This document shows positions 50,701-62,700 of a stretch of DNA of 64,000 nucleotides, in pieces; the first letter of the stretch is position 1, and every line of letters starts with the position of its first letter. The notes below the pieces were generated by a model that was given only the letters and a program-made list of their open reading frames with translations, ran no database searches and had not been told where the DNA came from. Location: assembly GCF_009914755.1 (NCBI RefSeq), contig NC_060948.1; one strand, 5' to 3'. The translations under genes were made by a program, and so were the position numbers. Source of the DNA: the human T2T-CHM13v2.0 reference genome, Homo sapiens.

Positions 50701-53700
50701 AGGAATAGAATGGAATGGAATGGAATTGACTCAAATGGAATGGACTAGAATGGAATGGATTCGAATGGAAGGCAAAGGAATGGAATCTATTGGAATGGAC
50801 TGTAATGGAATGGAATGGAAGGGATTGGAATGGACTCGAATGGAATGGACTGCAATAGAAAGGATTCGAATGGAATGAAAAAGAATTGAATGGAATAGAA
50901 CAGAATGGAATCAAATCGAATGAAATGGAATGGAATAGAAAGGAATGGAATGAAATGGAATGGAAAGGATTCGAATGGAATGCAATCGAATGGAATGCAA
51001 TCGAATGGAATGGAATCGAACGGAATGGAATAAAATGGAAGAAAACTGGCAAGAAATGGAGTCGAAATGAATGGAGTGTTATGGAACGGACTCAAAAGGA
51101 ATTGAATGTAATAGAATGGAGTGGAGTGGACTCGAATATAATGGACTGGAATGGAATGAAATCACATGGAATGGGAACGAATGGAATGGAATGGAAAGGA
51201 ATGGAATCGAATGGAAAGGAATCGAATGGAAGGGAATGAAATTGAATCAACAGGAATGGAAGGGAGTAGAATAGACGGTAATGGAATGGACTCGAATAGA
51301 ATGGACACGAATGCTCAAATTGAATGGACTCGAATGGAATGGAAACGAAAGGAATGTCATCGAATGGAATTGAATCGATTGGAATGAAATCACATAGAAT
51401 GGAGTGGAATCAAATGGAATTGAATCGAAAGGAAAGGAAGCGAATGGACTGAAATGAAATGGAATGGAATTGAATGGAAATTAATGCAATGGAATAGAAT
51501 GGAACGAAATTTCACGGAATGGAATCAAAGTGAATGGAATCAAATCAATGGAATATAATCAAATGGAATGGAAAGGAATTGAATGGAGTAGATTGGATTG
51601 GATGGGATTGGAATGAAATGTACTGGAAAGGACTCGAATTTCATGAAACGGAATGGAATGAATTAGAACGGAATGGACTCGAATGGAATGGAATGTCATG
51701 GAATGGCATCAAATGGAATGGAATCGAATGCGATGGAATGCTATGGAATGGAATGGAATGCATTGGAATGGAATGTCCTCTAATGGAATGTATTCGAGTG
51801 GAATGGAATCGAATATAATGGAGTCTAATGAAAGGGAATTGAAAGGAATGGGACCGAATACAATGGAATATACTGGAATGTAATGTAATGAACTCGAATG
51901 TAATTGACTGGAATGGAATGTACATGAATGGAATGTAATCGAATGGAAAGCAATCCAATGGAATAGAATCTAATGCAATAAAATCGACTCAAATAGAGTA
52001 GAATGTAATGGAATGGAGTGCAGTGCAATGGAATGGAATGGAATGGAATGCAATGGAATGGAATGGAATGGAATGGAATGGAATGGAATGGGATGGAATG
52101 GTATGGAATGGATAGTAATAGACTGGAGTGAAATGGACTGGAAAAGAATGGACTCAAATTGAAAGGGCTCGAAAGGAATGGAGTCAAATGGAATGGTCTG
52201 GAATGGAATGAACACGAATGTAATGCAATCCAATAGAATGGAATCGAATGGCATGGAATATAAAGAAATGGAATCGAAGAGAATGGAAACAAATGGAATG
52301 GAATTGAATGGAATGGAATTGAATGGAATGGGAACGAATGGAGTGAAATTGTATGCAGTAGAAGAGAATAGAATGGAATGCAAGCGAAAGGAAAGGAATG
52401 GATTGGAATGGAATGGAATTCATTGGAATGGAAGGGAATGTAGTGTAATGGACAGGCCTGGAATAAAGTGGAATGCTACGGTCTCGAATGGAATAAAAAT
52501 GTATGGAATGGAATGCAATGAAACGGAATCGAATGTCATAGAATGTAATGGAATGCAAAAAAATGGACTCCAAAATCATTGACTGGAAAGGCTGGGTGTC
52601 GAAAGGAATTGACTCCAATGGAATGGAATCGAATGGAATGGAAGTGAATAGAATCGAACTAAATCGAATGGAATGGAATTGATAGGAACGGAATGGAAAG
52701 GAATGCAATGATTTGGCATGGAATGGAATCGAATGGCATCGAATGGAATGGAATGGAATGCAATGGAATGGAATGTATTAGAATGTAATGAACTTTAATG
52801 GAATGTACTCGAATGGATTCGACTGGAATGGAATGTTCTCGAAGTGAATGGACTCCAATGGAATGGATTCGAAAGGAATGGAATCTAATGGAATGGAATT
52901 AAACGGAAATGAATCAAATAGAATAGAACGGAATTGAATTGAATGGAATCGAATGCAATGGAATCTAATGAAACGGAAAGGAATGGAATGGAATGGGCTG
53001 GAATGGAATGGAATCGAAACGAATGGAATGGAATCGAACTGAAGAGACTGGAATGGAATGCACTGGAATGGAAGGGAATGTAATGGAAGGTTCTCGAAAA
53101 AAATGGAATCGAAAGGAATGGAATTGAATGGAACGGAATAGAGTCGAATGGAATTGAATGGAATGGAATGGACTAGAGTGAAATGGAATCGAACCACAAG
53201 GAATGGACAGGAATAGAATGGTCTCGAATTGAATGGAATCGTATGGAATGGCATCAAACGGAATGGAATGGACAGCCACGGAATGGAATGGACACCCACG
53301 GAATGGAATGCACTCGAATGCAATGGAGTCGACACTAATGGACTGGAATAGAATGGAGTCGACTGGTACGGACTCCAATGGAATGGAATCGAATTGAAGG
53401 GAATCGAACGGAATGGACTCGAAGGGAAAAGACTGCAATGGAATGGTCTCCAATGGAATGGAAATTAATGGAATGGAATGGAATCGAATGAAATGGAGTC
53501 AAAAGGAATGGAATCGAATGGCAAGAAATCGAATGTAATGGAATCGCAAGGAATTGATGTGAACGGAACGGAATGGAATGGAATCCAAAGGAATGGAATA
53601 GAATGGAATGGAATCGAATGGAAAGGACTCGAATGGAAATCACTCGAATAGAATGCAATTTAATAAAATAGGATCAAATGTAATGGAATGGAATGGAAAG

Positions 53701-56700
53701 GAATCGAAACGAAAGGAATGGAGACAGATGGAATGGAATGGAACAGAGAGCAATGGTATAGAATGGAATGGAATCATCTGGAATGGAATTGAATGGAATG
53801 GAATAATATGAAATGGAATGGAATGGAATGGAATGCCCTTGAATTAAATGGACTGGAATGGAATGGACTCGAACAGAGTGGAATGGAAAGTGTTGAAATA
53901 GAATGGAATGGACTCGTTTTGAATGGTCTAGTATGCAATGCAATAGACTGGCAGGGAATCAAAAGGAATGTAATCGAACGGATTGGACTGGAATGCAATG
54001 GACTCGAATAGATTGGAAACGGAAAGCAAAGGAATGGAATGGAATAGTATGGAATGGAATGCAAAGGAATGGAGTGGAATAGACTAGAGTGGAATGGAAT
54101 GGACTCGAAAGCAATGGACTGGAATGGAACTTTCTTGAATGGACTGGAATCAAACGGAATGGAATGCAATGCAATCAAATGGCATGGAATAAAATAGAAT
54201 GAAAGAGAATCAAATGGAATTGAATCGAATGGAATCGAATGGATTGGAAAGGAATAGAATGGAATGGAATGGAATTGACTCAAATGGAATGGACTAGAAT
54301 GGAATGGATTCGAATGGAAGGCAAAGGAATGGAATCTATTGGAATGGACTGTAATGGAATGGAATGGAAGGGATTGGAATGGACTCGAATGGAATGGACT
54401 GAAATAGAAAGGATTCGAATGGAATGAAAAAGAATTGAATGGAATAGAACAGAATGGAATCAAATCGAATGAAATGGAATGGAATAGAAAGGAATGGAAT
54501 GAAATGGAATGGAAAGGATTCGAATGGAATGCAATCGAATGGAATGAAATCGAATGGAATGGAATCGAACGGAATGGAATAAAATGGAAGAAAACTGGCA
54601 AGAAATGGAGTCGAAATGAATGGAGTGTTATGGAACGGACTCAAAAGGAATTGAATGTAATAGAATGGAGTGGAGTGGACTCGAATATAATGGACTGGAA
54701 TGGAATGAAATCACATGGAATGGGAACGAATGGAATGGAATGGAAAGGAATGGAATCGAATGGAAAGGAATCGAATGGAAGGGAATGAAATTGAATCAAC
54801 AGGAATGGAAGGGAGTAGAATAGACGGTAATGGAATGGACTCGAATAGAATGGACACGAATGCTCAAATTGAATGGACTCGAATGGAATGGAAACGAAAG
54901 GAATGTCATCGAATGGAATTGAATCGATTGGAATGAAATCACATAGAATGGAGTGGAATCAAATGGAATTGAATCGAAAGGAAAGGAAGCGAATGGACTG
55001 AAATGAAATGGAATGGAATTGAATGGAAATTAATGCAATGGAATAGAATGGAACGAAATTTCACGGAATGGAATCAAACTGAATGGAATCAAATCAATGG
55101 AATATAATCAAATGGAATGGAAAGGAATTGAATGGAGTAGATTGGATTGGATGGGATTGGAATGAAATGTACTGGAAAGGACTCGAATTTCATGAAACGG
55201 AATGGAATGAATTAGAACGGAATGGACTCGTATGGAATGGAATGTCATGGAATGGCATCAAATGGAATGGAATCGAATGCGATGGAATGCTATGGAATGG
55301 AATGGAATGCATTGGAATGGAATGTCCTCTAATGGAATGTATTCGAGTGGAATGGAATCGAATATAATGGAGTCTAATGAAAGGGAATTGAAAGGAATGG
55401 GACCGAATACAATGGAATATACTGGAATGTAATGTAATGAACTCGAATGTAATTGACTGGAATGGAATGTACATGAATGGAATGTAATCGAATGGAAAGC
55501 AATCCAATGGAATAGAATCTAATGCAATAAAATCGACTCAAATAGAGTAGAATGTAATGGAATGGAGTGCAGTGCAATGGAATGGAATGGAATGGAATGC
55601 AATGGAATGGAATGGAATGGAATGGAATGGGATGGAATGGTATGGAATGGATAGTAATGGACTGGAGTGAAATGGACTGGAAAAGAATGGACTCAAATTG
55701 AAAGGGCTCGAAAGGAATGGAGTCAAATGGAATGGTCTGGAATGGAATGAACACGAATGTAATGCAATCCAATGGAATGGAATCGAATGGCATGGAATAT
55801 AAAGAAATGGAATCGAAGAGAATGGAAACAAATGGAATGGAATTGAATGGAATGGAATTGAATGGAATGGGAACGAATGGAGTGAAATTGTATGCAGTAG
55901 AAGAGAATAGAATGGAATGCAAGCGAAAGGAAAGGAATGGATTGGAATGGAATGGAATTCATTGGAATGGAAGGGAATGTAGTGTAATGGACAGGCCTGG
56001 AATAAAGTGGAATGCTACGGTCTCGAATGGAATAAAAATGTATGGAATGGAATGCAATGAAACGGAATCGAATGTCATAGAATGTAATGGAATGCAAAAA
56101 AATGGAATCCAAAATCATTGACTGGAAAGGCTGGGTGTCGAAAGGAATTGACTCCAATGGAATGGAAGTGAATAGAATGGAACTAAATCGAATGGAATGG
56201 AATTGATAGGAACGGAATGGAAAGGAATGCAATGATTTGGCATGGAATGGAATCGAATGGCATCGAATGGAATGGAATGGAATGCAATGGAATGGAATGT
56301 ATTAGAATGTAATGAACTTTAATGGAATGTACTCGAATGGATTCGACTGGAATGGAATGTTCTCGAAGTGAATGGACTCCAATGGAATGGATTCGAAAGG
56401 AATGGAATCTAATGGAATGGAATTAAATGGAAATGAATCAAATTGAATAGAACGGAATTGAATTGAATGGAATCGAATGCAATGGAATCTAATGAAACGG
56501 AAAGGAAAGGAATGGAATGGATTGGAATGGAATGGGCTGGAATGGAATGGAATCGAAACGAATGGAATGGAATCGAACTGAAGAGACTGGAATGGAATGC
56601 ACTGGAATGGAAGGGAATGTAATGGAAGGTTCTCGAAAAAAATGGAATCGAAAGGAATGGAATTGAATGGAACGGAATAGAGTCGAATGGAATTGAATGG

Positions 56701-59700
56701 AATGGAATGGACTAGAGTGAAATGGAATCGAACCACAAGGAATGGACAGGAATAGAATGGTCTCGAATTGAATGGAATCGTATGGAATGGCATCAAACGG
56801 AATGGAATGGACAGCCACGGAATGGAATGGACACCCACGGAATGGAATGCACTCGAATGCAATGGAGTCGACACTAATGGACTGGAATAGAATGGACTCG
56901 ACTGGTACGGACTCCAATGGAATGGAATCGAATGGAAGGGAATCGAACGGAATGGACTCGAAGGGAAAAGACTGCAATGGAAAGGTCTCGAATGGAATGG
57001 AAATTAATGGAATGGAATGGAATCGAATGAAATGGAGTCAAAAGGAATGGAATCGAATGGCAAGAAATCGAATGTAATGGAATCGCAAGGAATTGATGTG
57101 AACGGAACGGAATGGAATGGAATCCAAAGGAATGGAATAGAATGGAATGGAATCGAATGGAAAGGACTCGAATGGAAATCACTCGAATAGAATGCAATTT
57201 AATAAAATAGGATCAAATGTAATGGAATGGAATGGAAAGGAATCGAAACGAAAGGAATGGAGACAGATGGAATGGAATGGAACAGAGAGCAATGGTATAG
57301 AATGGAATGGAATCATCTGGAATGGAATTGAATGGAATGGAATAATATGAAATGGAAAGGAATGGAATGGAATGCCCTTGAATTAAATGGACTGGAATGG
57401 AATGGACTCGAACGGAGTGGAATGGAAAGTGTTGAAATAGAATGGAATGGACTCGTTTGGAATGGTCTAGTATGCAATGCAATCGACTGGTAGGGAATCA
57501 AAAGGAATGTAATCGAATGGATTGGACTGGAATGCAATGGACTCGAATAGATTGGAAACGGAAAGCAAAGGAATGGAATGGAATAGTATGGAATGCAATG
57601 GAAAGGAATGGAGTGGAATAGACTAGAGTGGAATGGAATGGACTCGAAAGCAATGGACTGGAATGGAACTTTCTTGAATGGACTGGAATCAAACGGAATG
57701 GAATGCAATGCAATCAAATGGCATGGAATAAAATAGAATGAAAGAGAATGAAATGGAATTGAATCGAATGGAATCGAATGGATTGGAAAGGAATAGAATG
57801 GAATGGAATGGAATTGACTCAAATGGAATGGACTACAATGGAATGGATTCGAATGGAAGGCAAAGGAATGGAATCTATTGGAATGGACTGTAATGGAATG
57901 GAATGGAAGGGATTGGAATGGACTCGAATGGAATGGACTGCAATAGAAAGGATTCGAATGGAATGAAAAAGAATTGAATGGAATAGAACAGAATGGAATC
58001 AAATCGAATGAAATGGAATGGAATAGAAAGGAATGGAATGAAATGGAATGGAAAGGATTCGAATGGAATGCAATCGAATGGAATGCAATCGAATGGAATG
58101 GAATCGAACGGAATGGAATAAAATGGAAGAAAACTGGCAAGAAATGGAATCGAAATGAACGGAGTGTTATGGAACGGACTCAAAAGGAATTGAATGTAAT
58201 AGAATGGAGTGGAGTGGACTCGAATATAATGGACTGGAATGGAATGAAATCACATGGAATGGGAACGAATGGAATGGAATGGAAAGGAATGGAATCGAAT
58301 GGAAAGGAATCGAATGGAAGGGAATGAAATTGAATCAACAGGAATGGAAGGGAGTAGAATAGACGGTAATGGAATGGACTCGAATAGAATGGACACGAAT
58401 GCTCAAATTGAATGGACTCGAATGGAATGGCAACGAAAGGAATGTCATCGAATGGAATTGAATCGATTGGAATGAAATCACATAGAATGGAGTGGAATCA
58501 AATGGAATTGAATCGAAAGGAAAGGAAGCGAATGGACTGAAATGAAATGGAATGGAATTGAATGGAAATTAATGCAATGGAATAGAATGGAACGAAATTT
58601 CACGGAATGGAATCAAACTGAATGGAATCAAATCAATGGAATATAATCAAATGGAATGGAAAGGAATTGAATGGAGTAGATTGGATTGGATGGGATTGGA
58701 ATGAAATGTACTGGAAAGGACTCGAATTTCATGAAATGGAATGGAATGAATTAGAACGGAATGGACTCGAATGGAATGGAATGTCATGGAATGGCATCAA
58801 ATGGAATGGAATCGAATGCGATGGAATGCTATGGAATGGAATGGAATGCATTGGAATGGAATGTCCTCTAATGGAATGTATTCGAGTGGAATGGAATCGA
58901 ATATAATGGAGTCTAATGAAAGGGAATTGAAAGGAATGGGACCGAATACAATGGAATATACTGGAATGTAATGTAATGAACTCGAATGTAATTGACTGGA
59001 ATGGAATGTACATGAATGGAATGTAATCGAATGGAAAGCAATCCAATGGAATAGAATCTAATGCAATAAAATCGAATCAAATAGAGTAGAATGTAATGGA
59101 ATGGAGTGCAGTGCAATGGAATGGAATGGAATGGAATGCAATGGAATGGAATGGAATGGAATGGAATGGGATGGAATGGTATGGAATGGATAGTAATGGA
59201 CTGGAGTGAAATGGACTGGAAAAGAATGGACTCAAATTGAAAGGGCTCGAAAGGAATGGAGTCAAATGGAATGGTCTGGAATGGAATGAACACGAATGTA
59301 ATGCAATCCAATGGAATGGAATCGAATGGCATGGAATATAAAGAAATGGAATCGAAGAGAATGGAAACAAATGGAATGGAATTGAATGGAATGGAATTGA
59401 ATGGAATGGGAACGAATGGAGTGAAATTGTATGCAGTAGAAGAGAATAGAATGGAATGCAAGCGAAAGGAAAGGAATGGATTGGAATGGAATGGAATTCA
59501 TTGGAATGGAAGGGAATGTAGTGTAATGGACAGGCCTGGAATAAAGTGGAATGCTACGGTCTCGAATGGAATAAAAATGTATGGAATGGAATGCAATGAA
59601 ACGGAATCGAATGTCATAGAATGTAATGGAATGCAAAAAAATGGACTCCAAAATCATTGACTGGAAAGGCTGGGTGTCGAAAGGAATTGACTCCAATGGA

Positions 59701-62700
59701 ATGGAAGTGAATAGAATGGAACTAAATCGAATGGAATGGAATTGATAGGAACGGAATGGAAAGGAATGCAATGATTTGGTATGGAATGGAATCGAATGGC
59801 ATCGAATGGAATGGAATGGAATGCAATGGAATGGAATGTATTAGAATGTAATGAACTTTAATGGAATGTACTCGAATGGATTCGACTGGAATGGAATGTT
59901 CTCGAAGTGAATGGACTCCAATGGAATGGATTCGAAAGGAATGGAATCTAATGGAATGGAATTAAATGGAAATGAATCAAATTGAATAGAACGGAATTGA
60001 ATTGAATGGAATCGAATGCAATGGAATCTAATGAAACGGAAAGGAAAGGTATGGAATGGATTGGAATGGAATGGGCTGGAATGGAATGGAATCGAAACGA
60101 ATGGAATGGAATCGAACTGAAGAGACTGGAATGGAATGCACTGGCATGGAAGGGAATGTAATGGAAGGTTCTCGAAAAAAATGGAATCGAAAGGAATGGA
60201 ATTGAATGGAACGGAATAGAGTCGAATGGAATTCAATGGAATGGAATGGACTAGAGTGAAATGGAATCGAACCACAAGGAATGGACAGGAATAGAATGGT
60301 CTCGAATTGAATGGAATCGTATGGAATGGCATCAAACGGAATGGAATGGACAGCCACGGAATGGAATGGACAGCCACGGAATGGAATGCACTCGAATGCA
60401 ATGGAGTCGACACTAATGGACTGGAATAGAATGGACTCGACTGGTACGGACTCCAATGGAATGGAATCGAATGGAAGGGAATCGAACGGAATGGACTCGA
60501 AGGGAAAAGACTGCAATGGAAAGGTCTCCAATGGAATGGAAATTAATGGAATGGAATGGAATCGAATGAAATGGAGTCAAAAGGAATGGAATCGAATGGC
60601 AAGAAATCGAATGTAATGGAATCGCAAGGAATGGATGTGAACGGAACGGAATGGAATGGAATCCAAAGGAATGGAATAGAATGGAATGGAATCGAATGGA
60701 AAGGACTCGAATGGAAATCACTCGAATAGAATGCAATTTAATAAAATAGGATCAAATGTAATGGAATGGAATGGAAAGGAATCGAAACGAAAGGAATGGA
60801 GACAGATGGAATGGAATGGAACAGAGAGCAATGGTATAGAATGGAATGGAATCATCTGGAATGGAATTGAATGGAATGGAATAATATGAAATGGAAAGGA
60901 ATGGAATGGAATGCCCTTGAATTAAATGGACTGGAATGGAATGGACTCGAACGGAGTGGAATGGAAAGTGTTGAAATAGAATGGAATGGACTCGTTTGGA
61001 ATGGTCTAGTATGCAATGCAATCGACTGGCAGGGAATCAAAAGGAATGTAATCGAATGGATTGGACTGGAATGCAATGGACTCGAATAGATTGGAAACGG
61101 AAAGCAAAGGAATGGAATGGAATAGTATGGAATGCAATGGAAAGGAATGGAGTGGAATAGACTAGAGTGGAATGGAATGGACTCGAAAGCAATGGACTGG
61201 AATGGAACTTTCTTGAATGGACTGGAATCAAACGGAATGGAATGCAATGCAATCAAATGGCATGGAATAAAATAGAATGAAAGAGAATGAAATGGAATTG
61301 AATCGAATGGAATCGAATGGATTGGAAAGGAATAGAATGGAATGGAATGGAATTGACTCAAATGGAATGGACTAGAATGGAATGGATTCGAATGGAAGGC
61401 AAAGGAATGGAATCTATTGGAATGGACTGTAATGGAATGGAATGGAAGGGATTGGAATGGACTCGAATGGAATGGACTGCAATAGAAAGGATTCGAATGG
61501 AATGAAAAAGAATTGAATGGAATAGAACAGAATGGAATCAAATCGAATGAAATGGAATGGAATAGAAAGGAATGGAATGAAATGGAATGGAAAGGATTCG
61601 AATGGAATGCAATCGAATGGAATGCAATCGAATGGAATGGAATCGAACGGAATGGAATAAAATGGAGGAAAACTGGCAAGAAATGGAGTCGAAATGAATG
61701 GAGTGTTATGGAACCGACTCAAAAGGAATTGAATGTAATAGAATGGAGTGGAGTGGACTCGAATATAATGGACTGGAATGGAATGAAATCACATGGAATG
61801 GGAACGAATGGAATGGAATGGAAAGGAATGGAATCGAATGGAAGGGAATCGAATGGAAGGGAATGAAATTGAATCAACAGGAATGGAAGGGAGTAGAATA
61901 GACGGTAATGGAATGGACTCGAATAGAATGGACACGAATGCTCAAATTGAATGGACTCGAATGGAATGGCAACGAAAGGAATGTCATCGAATGGAATTGA
62001 ATCGATTGGAATGAAATCACATAGAATGGAGTGGAATCAAATGGAATTGAATCGAAAGGAAAGGAAGCGAATGGACTGAAATGAAATGGAATGGAATTGA
62101 ATGGAAATTAATGCAATGGAATAGAATGGAACGAAATTTCACGGAATGGAATCAAACTGAATGGAATCAAATCAATGGAATATAATCAAATGGAATGGAA
62201 AGGAATTGAATGGAGTAGATTGGATTGGATGGGATTGGAATGAAATGTACTGGAAAGGACTCGAATTTCATGAAACGGAATGGAATGAATTGGAACGGAA
62301 TGGACTCGAATGGAATGGAATGTCATGGAATGGCATCAAATGGAATGGCATCAAATGGAATGGAATCGAATGCAATGGAATGCTATGGAATGGAATGGAA
62401 TGCATTGGAATGGAATGTCCTCTAATGGAATGGATTCGAGTGGAATGGAATCGAATATAATGGAGTCGATTGAAATGGAATTGAAAGGAATGGGATCGAA
62501 TACAATGGAATATACTGGAATGTAATGTAATGAACTTGAATGTAATTGACTGGAATGTAATGTACATGAATGGAATGTAATCGAATGGAAAGTAATCCAA
62601 TGGAATAGAATCTAATGCAATAAAATCGACTCAGATAGAGTAGAATGTAATGGAATGGAGTGCAGTGCAATGGAATGGAATGGAATGGAATGCAATGGAA

